A DNA stretch of 64,000 nt from Spizellomyces punctatus DAOM BR117 (Eukaryota), in NCBI GenBank assembly GCA_000182565.2, contig KQ257461.1, one strand, 5' to 3'. The position numbers and the translations under genes were made by a program. How positions within the stretch are numbered: position 1 is the first letter of the stretch; the number at the start of each line of letters is the position of its first letter. Below, piece by piece: positions 12,507 to 25,553 of this stretch. Below the pieces are notes generated by a model. The model saw nothing but the letters and a program-made list of their open reading frames with translations, searched no databases and was not told the origin of the DNA.

Positions 12507-13043
12507 GTGTGAGAAAATAGCACTAGCCCGCGAAACCTGTTCACCTTAGTCACAGTACAGCAAGTTTCTTTGCCCAGACTCTGCCACGTACATGAAATGA
12601 GGTTCTGGGATACACGGTCTCACGCGATGATTATATGCAGATCCGCATCCAAAACACCCGTTCTTGTTCGGCCGCTGCAATAGGCAGCCGCTTCTCCTCC
12701 AACACTCACCCGCAAGTTAAAAAAACGAAAAGGTTAGAAAACCGTCCGAGCCTGAGTACCTGTCGAATTAAAGCTTGCAGGGGTGGGAAAGGACACCAAA
12801 GTGATCGCATTGTGCAAATGACGTGGTTTTCATGATTCCATACATGGTTAAATTGCCATGGGGCGCATGTGGCGAATTCGATCACCCTAACATGGGTCCT
12901 TGTTCACTCTCCTCCAAGTTGAGGCGAACTCAATCAGGGTCTGCAGACAAGAATCGCAGTATTTTAACATAATTATTGTGAATAACTGATTTCCTAAATA
13001 CGCTGCCGGTAGTCCTGACTACTTATTGTATTAGGTATTGAGA

Positions 13044-14820
13044 TTATGGAACGTGGTCTTTTGGACAGTCCACATCGACTCTCACTCCAACATAACTGGG
13101 AAACCTTGGGACGCCGTCTGGCGTCAACTCTTGGAACCGATAAGTAACAATTGCACCGACAGGAGGTGGATTGCGTCGTTCCTGATCGGACAAACCTGTG
13201 CCGATCTTGAAGAGCTTGCCTGATTCCATGATGCACTGGATCATAAAATAGATTGTACGTGAGTACCTGGAAAAGGGGCTGACAAAACCACTTCCCTCTA
13301 CCTTCAAAGCCCCGGTACTCCCTTTGTGTTTTCCTTTCCCAGGTTCATAACCGAGGACTTTAGCCTCGGCATCAAAAAACGTCTTTACCTTCAACAATGT
13401 AGCCGACCGTTTTCCTTCATAGAGACTGCCTGCTTTCCTCATCATCAGTCCTTCTCCACCTTGTGCTTCCACCTTTTTGAGCATGTCCATCAAATGTGCT
13501 CGATTATCGCATTTCACTTGTTCTACAATGCGCACAATCTTCTCTAGGGCGTTATGTTTTGAATTAACGTACGTTTTGATGGCGTCTATTCGTTCTTCAA
13601 ACGGCTTTTGATGGAGGCTGGGAGTATCAAAGACGTGAAAGAGAACACGCGACCATTGTTTCGAATTTATAGTTTTCACTACTGAAATGGTTTGGGTAAA
13701 CTGACCGCGACCGCAAAAGAGCTCGCCGTCCAAAGACATATCGTTTGGCAGGTCTTTAGGCAAATGTCATTGAACATATCGGCATACGCCAAGGCTATAT
13801 CAATTACACACCTTTTGTGAACCAATCCGGCGCTGTAAACGGATTGCCTAATCGGGAGACAAACGTCTTCTGCTGAGGATCCCAGAGAGCTCGAACGCCA
13901 TCCAGTTTTTCCGACAACCACCATCCAGTTGGATCAGGCCCTGAATTAGAGATATTAGAGTGCTGAAGACAATAGATGCTTCCACAATTGTTGTATACCG
14001 GTAGCAATATTCCAAGGATTAGCGAGCAGTAATTTAGGCGGAACCGCCTTGGTCTTTTTTCCGGGTGGTCCCACTCCACCGTCACCAGCACGTTTACGCT
14101 TTCCGGCTGAGGTACCAGTACTTGGACCTCCATTTGCACTATATCTTGCCAATTCGTACTCCTCGCCCAAGAGTTCTTTCAAGTGTTTACATGTCCTGGC
14201 TGGAGTAGTTTTAGCTTACGATATCCCGATAAGTGCTGGTTTGATGGAGACATGTACCACCATACCGTTAAGAGGCACGGCCCCCTGATTTCTCCAAGCC
14301 GGACAAGTGCCTAGCATAGCAAGTCCAGTTACGTGAGAACCGCGGTCAGGGTGAAACTACAACTCTGAGACTTACAGTAATAATGGTCCGCAGTCCGTTT
14401 TATGGTATAAGTTGCCGAGCTCGTTTTGCTTGACACCTCCGTGGTTTCACCATCTTGAAGGATTTTCAATGGGCGAATGCCATCTATGCACGCCAGCCCG
14501 TCCTCTGCAGGCAATTCCTCGATAAGATCCTCAGGGGCAGTATCGCCATCAAGAACGACCAGAGGCGCGTCGTCTTTGGCAATAGAAAGCTCATCTTGGT
14601 CGCTTTCCTCTTCTGTTTCTGATTCGACCAAGAAGTTCGGGGTTTTGGTGCGTTCGGGAGAAATGGCTGTCGTGGTTGAGAGTACCGTTTGACCTACGGA
14701 GGGATCAGCGTTGGAGTGGCCGTGTGGGTCGTGATTTTGGGGGTGCCGAAATTTGGCCAAGTGCTGGGGATTCTTCTGGTAGCAATTGTCCCAGTACTTG
14801 CATTTTGGTGTGATGTCCAT
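13044..14820 (-). CDS. ATP-dependent DNA ligase (minimal, bacterial/viral/kDNA-like type) with N-terminal PBZ and SWIM zinc fingers
   Basis: PBZ: CKYWDNCYQKNPQHLAKFRHP. Spliced SWIM: YYCTCPAW...RTCKHL. Ligase motifs: SEKLDGVRA (I), LDGEL (III), VFDT (IIIa), GEGLM (IV), LLKVK (V). OB domain with GTGLSD...PRFPSY. Confidence 0.92.
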
Positions 14821-16092
14821 CTAAAGTTGGCGAGTGGAGATGGTTGAGGAAAGGGCGTTGTGGCCGCGAAAGTCGTCTGCTTAGCTGCCCGTCCTCACGG
14901 ATCACGTGCGTCCTCCTGACACCAGCCCTTGGTCCTGTTCATCAGAAAGCGAAGAATACTTTCTTACCATGTGGACACATGTGAGGAGATACTTGATTGC
15001 AAGACGATCTTACGCCACCTGTCTACGAGGTTTGAAAGAACCCAATTACTTGAAATGCAGGAATAATCAATCATCAAAAGGTTTGATTCTTATGCAACAT
15101 TTTGCACACTGATCGTATTATAGATGGGTGAACTCCCGCGAATGCAACCTTTTCGTAGGATGCACATAGAGATAATAAGTGAGGCAGCAAAGGGGAATGA
15201 AATCCTTCCGGCTAAGATTTGAACGCCCACGGAGGAAGAAAACGCTGAATATCCGCTGATCACTTCCTTCGAGCCGCAGAAAGTGTCACATCATGGTGAC
15301 ATGCGGCAGTTAACCAAGCGCAATGCCAATGGAGCGTTCTCCCCTCATAGGAAGCTGGAAGGTCTAGCAGAGTTGCATCAGCGTGTCTCAGCTGATACAT
15401 GGTCCACTTGTACTCTGCACGCCATGAATAACTATCTGCTACCAAGGCCCAGGTTTCCAAGCATCCGTTTTCCACCTGTCAATTCACAACCATTCGGGGA
15501 CCCAATTCAGCACCATGAATGCCATTAACCTTTTGAGCGGATATCCATTTGTTGCAGATCTCGAAATTTCTGTATTCGAAAATGGGATGGATCCCAAGGG
15601 TAAACCCGCGAACGCGGGTCTGATTTCAATTTAAGGTTAACCTTTGATGATGTTTTTTAAAGCTCCGAATCCCCGAATCCCTAGTTCTCTTCGAACCGTC
15701 CAGTGTGGATAAAATGGGTAATTTCTGAACTGATGAAATAAACTCGTCCTTCAAAAGAGATCTAGAGACCCTTGAACATTTTCCTGATCGAATATTATTA
15801 CACTGGCAGCCCAACCAAAATGACACCGCATACCCGTGCATTGGGTGATAATCAAAAGTCTATCGAGTGACACGAGGCATCAATTGGCCGGCTGTGCCTG
15901 GGCTCGCTGCATCATTTTGAGAGTGCTTATTATCCAATGTCCTCCAACAAAACACCACGCAAAGAACACTTGATTGCCCTGTACTTGTTAAAAACATCGA
16001 TAACAAGAGCACAGCAACGTAAGCCTTTGCTAATATCTGCATAGCCACGCGTCATATTCCCTAATAAAGCAAAAATGACGAAGAAAGGCAAT

Positions 16093-16237
16093 AGAAGGCA
16101 AAAGAACAAATTGGAACTTCTCCATCCATCTCGCACATTCCCCACCCATCGTTTTCCTATAGTAGTGGTAGTGGCACAGTCATACAAGCACCTATTTCAC
16201 ACGGTTTTTTCTTTTTCACACGCGTTGGGCATATAAA
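16093..16237 (+). promoter_or_regulatory. Hsp70 promoter: step-type heat-shock element and TATA box
   Basis: GAA triplets at 16094, 16104 and 16114 (10-bp spacing). TATAAA at 16232, about 100 bp upstream of the ATG. Confidence 0.5.
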
Positions 16238-16334
16238 GAGGGCGAGGGTTCGCTTTTCCCCCCTCCTTCCCCCCCGTCTGTCTTGGCCTTACTTGTTCCC
16301 CCCCATTTTTTATTATTGAAACAAGACAAGCATC

Positions 16335-16871
16335 ATGACTTCCAAGGCTGTTGGTATCGATTTGGGTACCACCTACTCGTAAGTAGTACTTGTTGTAGCG
16401 TGGGAGAGCGATGCGAGAGAGCTTGATTGCGCGGAAGGGAATTGCAGGGATTGTGTCTTGTGAACTTGTTTACTGATGTTCTTTTTTCATTCTAGTTGTG
16501 TCGGTGTATGGCAAAACGACCGTGTCGAAATCATTGCCAACGACCAGGGTAACCGTACCACTCCCTCTTACGTTGGTTTCACCGACAGCGAGCGTTTGAT
16601 CGGTGATGCCGCCAAGAACCAAGTCGCCATGAACCCCATCAACACCGTCTTCGACGCCAAGCGTTTGATTGGGCGACGATTTGCGGACGCCGAGGTGCAA
16701 TCTGACATGAAGCACTGGCCCTTCAAGGTTGTCGACAAGGGTGGAAAGCCCTTCATCCAGGTCGAGTTCAAGGGTGAGACCAAGACCTTCACCCCCGAAG
16801 AGATTTCTTCCATGGTCCTCCTTAAGATGAAGGAGACCGCCGAGGCCTACCTCGGTGCTACCGTCAAGGAT

Positions 16872-16906
<35 letters not shown>

Positions 16907-17315
16907 ACAACGTCAGGCCACCAAGGACGCTGGTACCATTTCTGGTTTGAACGTCCTCCGAATCATCAACGAACCTACTGCTGCCGCCATTGCCTACGGT
17001 TTGGACAAGAAGACTTCGGGCGAGAAGAACGTCCTCATCTTTGATTTGGGTGGTGGTACATTCGATGTCTCTCTCCTTACCATTGAGGATGGTATCTTTG
17101 AGGTTAAGGCTACCGCTGGTGACACACACTTGGGTGGTGAGGATTTCGACAACCGTCTCGTGTCCCACTTCAGCGAGGAGTTCAAGCGCAAGTTCAAGAA
17201 GGATCTGACATCCAACCCCCGTGCCCTTCGTCGTCTCAGGACCGCTTGTGAGCGTGCCAAGCGTACCCTCTCCTCTGCCGCCCAGACCTCCATCGAAATC
17301 GACTCTCTCTTCGAG

Positions 17316-17347
<32 letters not shown>

Positions 17348-18392
17348 CCGTTTCGAGGAGCTCTGCCAAGACCTCTTCCGTTCCACCATCGAGCCTGTCG
17401 AGAAGGTCCTCCGTGACTCCAAGATTGACAAATCTTCAGTCGATGAGGTCGTCCTTGTCGGAGGTTCTACTCGTATTCCCAAGGTGCAGAAGCTCATTAC
17501 AGACTTCTTCAACGGCAAGGAGCCCAACAAGTCTATCAACCCCGATGAGGCCGTTGCGTACGGTGCCGCTGTCCAAGCCGCCATTCTCACTGGTGACACG
17601 TCCGAGAAGACCCAAGACCTTCTCTTGCTCGATGTTGCTCCCCTCTCCCTCGGTATCGAGACCGCTGGTGGTGTCATGACTGCTCTCATCAAGCGTAACA
17701 CCACTGTTCCCACCAAAAAGTCCGAGACCTTCTCCACCTACGCGGACAACCAGCCCGGTGTGTTGATTCAGGTGTACGAGGGTGAACGTGCTCGCACCAA
17801 GGACAACAACTTGCTCGGCAAGTTCGAGCTTACCGGTATTCCCCCCGCTCCCCGTGGTGTCCCTCAAATTGAGGTCACCTTTGACGTTGACGCCAACGGT
17901 ATCTTGAACGTCACCGCTGTCGACAAGACCACTGGTCGTTCCAACAAGATCACCATTACCAACGACAAGGGTCGTCTTTCCAAGGAGGAGATTGAGCGCA
18001 TGGTTTCCGAGGCTGAGAAGTACAAGGCTGAGGATGAGGCTGCCGCTGAGCGTATCCAAGCAAAGAACGGACTCGAGTCATACGCCTACAACCTCCGCAA
18101 CACTCTTCAGGATGAGAAGATTGCCGGCAAGCTCGAGGCTGCTGACAAGACCAAGCTCGAGGCTGCCATCGATGAGGCCATCAAGTGGTTGGACAGCAAC
18201 CTTGAGGCTTCCAAGGAGGAGTACGAGCACAAGCAAAAAGACCTTGAGGGAGTTGCTAACCCCATCATGATGAAGATGTACGGTGCTGCGGGTGCACCAG
18301 GTGGTGCTGGTGGCTTCCCTGGCGGTGCTGCTCCAGGTGGATTCCCAGGTGCCGGTGGTGATGCTGGCCCCACAGTCGAGGAGGTCGACTAA
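16335..18392 (+). CDS. HSP70: Cytosolic Hsp70 (2 exons)
   Basis: Exon 1 [15 protein letters not shown] spliced to [24 protein letters not shown]. Contains DLGGGTFD and ends in GPTVEEVD. Strong codon bias. Confidence 0.98.
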
Positions 18393-18876
18393 ACACATAT
18401 ATGCCAACATAGTCTATAAGGGGTTGGGTTACGGTGTTATTTGTGCGAAGAGCTAATTTAGACGTTGTATGGGCGAGAACGCATTTGTTAATGCTGGTGC
18501 TTTTATGGCCCAGACTCGTCCAAACTGCGGGCTTTGATGATGCCCTTCGGATAGTTTGCTTTATTCATTTTGCTTTTAGATGGGGTGTTTGTGAAGGGGT
18601 TGGGTGGGGATGCTTTTTGCATTGGCACTCTTCGTGTACTTTACAGTTGGACAAACAGAAAGGAATATGTATATATAACCCTCAACGAATTGGATTTGGT
18701 TTAAGGCACTTTTTATTTACATTGGAAATGGGATGTGGCATTTGATGACTGCTCTCCCCATACATACCATCAAGATATTTTATGTGCAAGAAAGAGAAAC
18801 ACTGGTCACTACTTATTGTCCTCCTTCACTGCCAACCTAACTATACAGTTCTTTGAACAACGAGATGACAACTTTT

Positions 18877-19297
18877 TTACAACACCCTACACGACTGCAC
18901 ACACATTCGCTTCAAATTGGCAGACCGGTCCTTGTAAATGTTGGGGGGACGTTCCTCGTCTGGGTAAATCTTTTCTACATATGACGACGGGATGAGCGGA
19001 TCATGCAGTAGCATCGACTGTGAGCACTTGACAAGACTATATAGTATCCAAGCAAAACAAAAAATGAGAGTTTATACTTTTGACATGTGTGTGTTCTGGT
19101 TACATTTACAAAAGGTGCGTCCGTTGTGCGTACCTTGAACTTGCTTCCGACACAGGGACACTCTCCAAAGCAAGTTGCTCTTGCAATTTCTCCAAATACT
19201 TTTCCAACCGCACCAGACGTGATTCCTGTTCTACTGGTGTAGGAGTCTTTGGGGGTGGAGTTTTGGGCGGTGGTAGCATATGTGGAAGGGTAAACAT
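18877..19297 (-). CDS. Heterotrimeric G-protein gamma subunit (GGL domain + CaaX), 2 exons
   Basis: Exon 19297-19134 (...LEKLQEQLALESVPVSEASS), intron 19133-19037, exon 19036-18877 (SLVKCSQ..HDPLIP...NIYKD...SCRVL*). Start codon is uncertain. Confidence 0.8.
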
Positions 19298-20732
19298 TCT
19301 CCCTAAAATGTGTTTCTTGATGGGGGTAATTAATGGGGATGGGGGGGAAGATGAGAGTTTTGCAGGTTGGAGAAGGGCGGGACGTAAACAAAATTGGATG
19401 CCGAGTCGCTTCTGCAAGCCCCGTTCAGACCAGAGGACGTAATGCTGTTATGTAGAGTTTTGTCACAGTCTGTAAAAACCTTCCGATTCCCAAGACTGGC
19501 TATGGCACAGAAAAACATACAATAAAGAAAAAACGAGAGCCATTTGTTCTACTTGAGTCCCCATGAAGTCACTTTCAAGAAGGAGGATTAGCTCACAAAA
19601 AACTGCCAACTTGCGCCATATTCCTTTTTGTTTTTCCTATCTTTTTTAGAACTGCTCCAGAACGTGAGTGGTTTTGGGATGAGCTCTTGTGCCCCTTCCA
19701 CGTCACGACAGGGGATAAAGTGTGCGTAGCGCTCTTGTTGAGTTAGCGCGTGTTGAGGGCCTGCTGGGGAGGGGGTTCCGATATTTGGGATTTTCGGGTT
19801 TTCGGCTGTTGGATTTAGTTTTAGTTTATGGGGCTTTTTTTTTTTTTAAAAAATGCCCTTGAAAGTTGTCGGAAGAATGTGGTCATTCAACACGAACGGG
19901 TATGCTGCAAAAGTTCTTTTAGCAAACAGGTTCAAGCCTTTGACGTTTAACGGTTATGGAACGGTGACGAACTTTTCGAATTTTTTTTTTATTATTTTAG
20001 AGAGAGGACAGGACGACCAAGGCCATAAAAAGTTGGGTTTGATTCTTGCTTCCATTTGAAGAGAGTTTCCATGGACCTGTCGCAGATAAAAAAAAACAGG
20101 CTGTTGATCTTTTGAGATAACGCAGTGGACTGTTCAGCTGTTGGTCCTATTTTCACGCTGTGCCCCATGACGTCCAGTTGACCTGGTCAGCTACGTGATG
20201 GATAGGATATGGCCTTTTTGCACAGCATATACACACACATGATACTAGTATAGATTTAGAGAGATACCCATGTAATAAGCTCTTCACAGCCCATTGAGTC
20301 TGCTTGCTATTGAGCGAGAAAAGTTGCTGGCTGAGACGCTGACAATGTGGAATTCGCACGGGATGCACGCCATCAGTAGGCAACGTACGGCGGAGAATGA
20401 GTATCAGCATCCTCTAACAAAAGGAACAAGTCAAGGTCCATCAACCACAATTGCCGGAGAAGGTACAATGCAATGAAAGGACAGCTCCAACCCGCGGTGT
20501 AGCCACCTGCTGCACATGCTTTTCGGGAGTACTGTAAAGCAGTTCATCTGATCTCTGCATTGTATATTCTTTATGCGGAAAAATAACACGACTGAACAAA
20601 ATGGGAGGTGAAAGCGGCCACGGGCGGATGCCACGGCGGTCAATAAATTATAATCCACAGCTTGTACTGGACAACACCGTAGGTATAGACGAATACAAAA
20701 GAATATCACAAGACTGCATAGCTGCAGCATCA

Positions 20733-21428
20733 TTAAGAAACCACTTTTCTAAATGTCAAATTAATTCTTTCCCCAACTTTCCGACTTGTTTTTGGAACGG
20801 CATGTTTCCAGTACTTTTGCATCATTCCTTTCATAATCACTAACGATCCATCAGCTAATACGAGTTCCAATTTGCCCGCCTCACGAGCTGGACCCCCCGG
20901 ATTGGGCTTTACAACAAACTTTCTCGAAGCGCCAAACGATACACTCGCAATAGTAGGTGCCGGTCCAAGCGATTTTTCATTATCGCTATGGAACCCAATG
21001 TAATCGCTCCCATTCCGATATAGATTGCACAATACGCTGTTAAATTTCTCTCCTACTACCTCCTCTACCTTCTCTTTAATCTCTTTGAGAGCATCGGGCC
21101 AGTCCGGGAGCATCGTACCCATTTTACCACTGCCGGAATATGCGTAATAGGTATTATTGTCGGCTATGAAACAGACTTGACGTGGTTGGTCAATCTGCCG
21201 ACCGAAAATAGTTATGGGTATCGTTTTCCAGGGGAGTACTGTGCGGAGAGACGTGAAAAGCGTGGGAGAGGCGGTGGGGGAAAAGAACGATGGGTAGTGA
21301 ATCAGGTGGCCAGTGGCATGTGACAGAGTGTATTGCATGGAAGCGGGTGTTATAGAGGGTGGAATGGTTCGAGGCCGCTTTGTGGTCGCATTGGTGTCAT
21401 TCGTCGTCGCTGACAATCGTTTCGGCAT
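20733..21428 (-). CDS. AlkB-family 2OG-Fe(II) dioxygenase (ALKBH2/3-like DNA dealkylase)
   Basis: Intronless ORF with QPR, YAYSG, NSVLCNLYRNGSDYIGFHSDNE, WKHAVPK and RINLTFR. Confidence 0.93.
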   Translation of the reverse strand: MPKRLSATTNDTNATTKRPRTIPPSITPASMQYTLSHATGHLIHYPSFFSPTASPTLFTSLRTVLPWKTIPITIFGRQIDQPRQVCFIADNNTYYAYSGSGKMGTMLPDWPDALKEIKEKVEEVVGEKFNSVLCNLYRNGSDYIGFHSDNEKSLGPAPTIASVSFGASRKFVVKPNPGGPAREAGKLELVLADGSLVIMKGMMQKYWKHAVPKTSRKVGERINLTFRKVVS

Positions 21429-21708
21429 TCGTTATCAAATCTGTGATCTCGAAAGCAGGTGAAATGCAAGTCCCATTCCTTGACTGCAACACGTGCTTTG
21501 CAATCGCTTACGACATCCAGTGAGGTTATTCTCCGATCGTGACCCAAAACCTTATTTTTGGCCGATATAATTCTACGGATTCTTCGAATCACGTTAACAA
21601 GTTATAGGGATACCGCGGTTTAATAGACAATCACTGCATGGCGTACGTTTGACATCGTCGCCAACATTTTATATCATCGTTTTACGTTGTGGGCACTCCA
21701 AGAATACA

Positions 21709-23430
21709 ATGAGCCATCATTCTCTCCTGTCCAATGCGGCCGAGGTTCCAACCACCGAAGACGTTGACACAGGCCTAACATCCTCAATTGGCCGCCGAGC
21801 CTCATCCCATCTTATCCAACGTAACAAATCCAAAACTGAGGTCGAGGTCGGTGAAGATGATTCCATTCTCAAAACGGCCCCATTGCTCCAACAGGATACG
21901 ACTAGTGTGAGAGGCTACACTTTGAAAACAGTGCACCTCGGCGCTGCATTCTGCTTGTTGTTTACAGCTTTGTAGGTGTTTTTTGAAATCGATCCTGCTT
22001 GCATTCTTTGGCTAATGGCTTTTGTTTTAGTAATGTAGCTCAGGCATACATCACCCTTCTCTTCCCGTCTATTGGTACATTGGTACTCGGCGTCATCTAC
22101 GGGTTCTTTGCAATAGGGTCCCTGGGGGCTCCTCGAGTAGGGGAGCTATTGGGAGCGAAATGGGCAATGTGTGCGGCGTCCTTGCTGTTTGTGGCATTCA
22201 TTGGAAGTCTGAATAGTGGAATGGTATGTCTTCACCTCCGATGCTACATGATTCCTGTGATAACAATATCTGCTCGATTTCGGGTAGAGCCGACTGGTAC
22301 TTTTCTGTTCTCTGCTAGTTGGGCTGGGATCCGGGGTTTTGTGGATAAACCAGGGAATATGGGTAAGTCGTTTGAGCGATCGAACGGGGGGAACGTTGGC
22401 AGGTGAGCTGTCGCTTGACTTTATCAGACACTAGATCATTACTGATGAGTCTACCCCTTTGCCACATAGGATACTTTACCGGGCTCTTTTTCACTATTTG
22501 CAATCTAAACGGCGTCTTTGGCAACCTCCTCGCTATCGCGCTACTCCAAGCCGGCCTCGGAATCAACATTATGATCTGGGGAATGTTCGTGGCAGGCGCT
22601 CTAGGATCAGTTTTGCTCATCTTTGCGGACCCCATGAAGCCGACCACCAAACCAGAACCAGTACCGATTTCAGAGCAGGTCACTGCGGTATGGAACGTGG
22701 CCAAAATGAAGAAAAGTGCGGTTCTTGTGCCGTGTATTTGGTTGCAGGGATGTAATTTGGCGTTTGTGTTTGGGAGGTTGCCAGAGTTGCTTCCTACTGG
22801 GTCGAGTGGGATTGCAGTAGCTGAGGTGTTCTTATGTTATGGCAAGTGAAAGCCCGTTATTGTTGCCTATGCATCCTTCAGGTAGTTTACATTTCTTTTT
22901 CAAATGTAGGGCTCATCCAATGCATTTTCTCATATGTGAACGGCATTATCTACGACAAGTTCGGCTATAAGCCGCTTCTCCGCTCCTTCCTAGGCACTGG
23001 TCTTAGCGCTTACCTTATCCTCCTCTCCCTTCTCCCCACTCTCGAAAACAGTCTACACCAAAAGATCACATCACTATTAGAGCCCTACCTTCTAGTCGGT
23101 GGTATGCTTGGCCACCTGGACACCACCCTAAATACAACCATCAACTTGGCACTTTCACGATCTTACAAACCAGGATCCGAAACCGCTGCCGCATTCGGAT
23201 TCTACAGAGTGGGCTTTTGCGCGGCCATGAGTGCTGTTAGCCTTTGTTCGGGCGGCTTCAGCGTTGGATGGGTCATTGTGTGGAATTTGACATGGACTCT
23301 CATTGCTGGAGTCGTTTATTTTAGATTTGCGGGTGAAGTACAAGGGGGTAGTGCAACTGTTGAGCAAGTGTTACCGACGATGCAAGAACCGTTGGCATCT
23401 GAGAAGGAGACTGTATGGAACAATGAGTGA
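21709..23430 (+). CDS. UNC-93-like MFS membrane protein (multi-exon)
   Basis: LGAAFCLLFTAF-NVAQAY, G..LGVIYGFF, LG...G.LW..QG, YFTGLFF..GNL; multiple TM helices. Confidence 0.8.
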
Positions 23431-23694
23431 TTGAGAATGTTATGGTTTAAAGGAGAAAAGTTTGGAAGTGTTTGTTATACTACTTGAATAGTAAGAGAAT
23501 GGTTAGAAAGATTTCATCATGATTGACTGGGGGAACAGGATCATCGATGAGCAGTGAGCGGTACCGGTCCAACATTCATGCTTTTATTTTTTATTGAGTC
23601 CAACCAGGCACATTTTGGACTCAATTTGGACATTGAACGACATATTCGTGCCTAACATCATCATCCGGGATCATCATCGCGACTTCCAACCATA

Positions 23695-25553
23695 TCAAAA
23701 TCCAAACGCCTCTTTTTCTGCATACTCTTTCAAATCCCACTCACTACCGACCCTGTCTCTACCTCCCCCACCAGAACCCCGTCTCCCCTTCTTCCCCTTC
23801 TTCTTCCCCTCATCAGCAAAAATGTCTCCATGGCTCAGTTCAACATCCCAAGCCTTCCCCTCATCGGCATCGTTCAAAAGCCTACGCAGCCCCGGCCCCT
23901 TATTCCACATTTGCGCTTCCTCCCTTCTGTACAACCACCGAATGACGAGTACGCAAAAGGCTGCAAAGGCAACGAGGCAGGCGCTTATGCCAGGGGCTAG
24001 AGCAGGTTGGGCGGGATCGAGGAGCGACGAGCCAGAGGAGGCGAGGGGTAAGCTGAATGCTTGGCCAAAGGAAAATGTGAGAGCTGCAACGATGGCTCGA
24101 CTTGATTCTCCTTGAGCTTTGTCGAGGGCGTAGGAAAGCAGGCACGGAAACGCAGCAATCAGACCTGCACTAGCTGGAACGAGGCCGATAAAGTAGCGTA
24201 AAGGGCCCAATGAGCTGGGTATGATCGAAATCAAGGCAAAACCAGCCGAGGAAATAAGAAGAGGGATAGTGGTATGAAGGGCTCTATCGCCTGTTCGATC
24301 TGAATTCCATGCACACAGAAAGGCAACGATGCCACCAACGAGATGCGGTAGAGCTGCCACGATCCTCACATGCCGTGTGGTTTCATCTCCATCGCCCATG
24401 CCAAAAGCGGTTGCAGTGACCGTTGCTCCAACGGATACCAGCACATCGCCTGCAACAGATACCCCAAAAAACCCGACAGCAAACAACCAATTTCGCAAAT
24501 CTGTCAAAGCTTCGGTTATTTGCCCAACATCAATTCGGATACGCGGCGGCTTGGGCTTTTGAAGGGATACAGACTGTCGACGGGGGCTACCTCCTTCATC
24601 ATCGGACTCATGGGCACCACTTCCTTCGGTTCTGTCAGTGTCGTGACTACGGGCAATGGCAAGGACTCGATCAGCAGGAGTCAAAAATGTGCATGTTTCC
24701 GGATAATTTGGAAGAAGGAGATAGGTCACTACTGCCAGCGCAATGCTCAAGAGACCGTCCGAAACACACATCCTTGCAACCAAAAAAGACATGATCAATA
24801 CGATCCACTTTTTGCAGCATACACAACATTAGCAAATGTACTTACCATCGCCATGTCTGTAACCCATGCACCCCATCAAATCGAGTACCCCAATCAGCAA
24901 AGATTCCAAAAAACGACACAGCAACCGTCGCAGAAGAGACTATCCAAGATAATCTCGTAGCCCATTCCTCTCTCGTATAAAAGGACACAATGTAAACCAT
25001 TAACCCCGGCAAAAACCTAAAATTTCCAACGTTTTAGTACACAAACGCTGCATTCATCTAAACATCCAACAAAAAAAGGGGATGGCAGAACATTACCCAG
25101 CTTGTAATACCCCGACCAAAACCCTCGTCACAATCCACCCACTCACATCTCTAACCGCCGCAGAACACGCACTCACTAAACCCCATCCACCAACCATACC
25201 AGCAAACCACCGTGCGGGACCGTATTTACGGAAGAGAAGGGTAGATGGTGCAGCGACGGACACGGATGCAAGTGCATATCCGATCTGGGAGAGGATGTAC
25301 GTATGGGGTGTTGTGGGAAGAGATATGGGGATGTCCGCGCCGGTGTGGAATTGTGTAGAGCGGTTCTAAGCATGACGGGAATGTTTCAGAGAGTTGCATG
25401 GTGTTTGTTTTTTTTTCTTTTTTAGGTCGGTTTACCGTTCAACGTAGGTTTACATACCACAACATAACATAGATAAAGCCCAGTAACAATCGGCACCAAC
25501 CGACCATCTAATCGTCGAACCAGTTGCTGTTCCTGAGGATCGTATTCCGGCAT
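23695..25553 (-). CDS. MFS transporter, anion:cation symporter (Dal5/Tna1-like) family, multi-exon
   Basis: MPEYDPQEQQLVRRLDGRLVP...; TR.LVG..QAG; LLPNYPETCTFLT..DR; AWNSDRTGDRALH. Confidence 0.85.

Noticed and set aside
16470-18410. Long antisense ORFs overlapping Hsp70
   Set aside because: A known by-product of strong codon bias in hsp70 genes; no independent gene signals.
20100-20640. Short ORFs (e.g. 20294-20476) as a gene
   Set aside because: No recognisable motif, start context or consistent splice structure.
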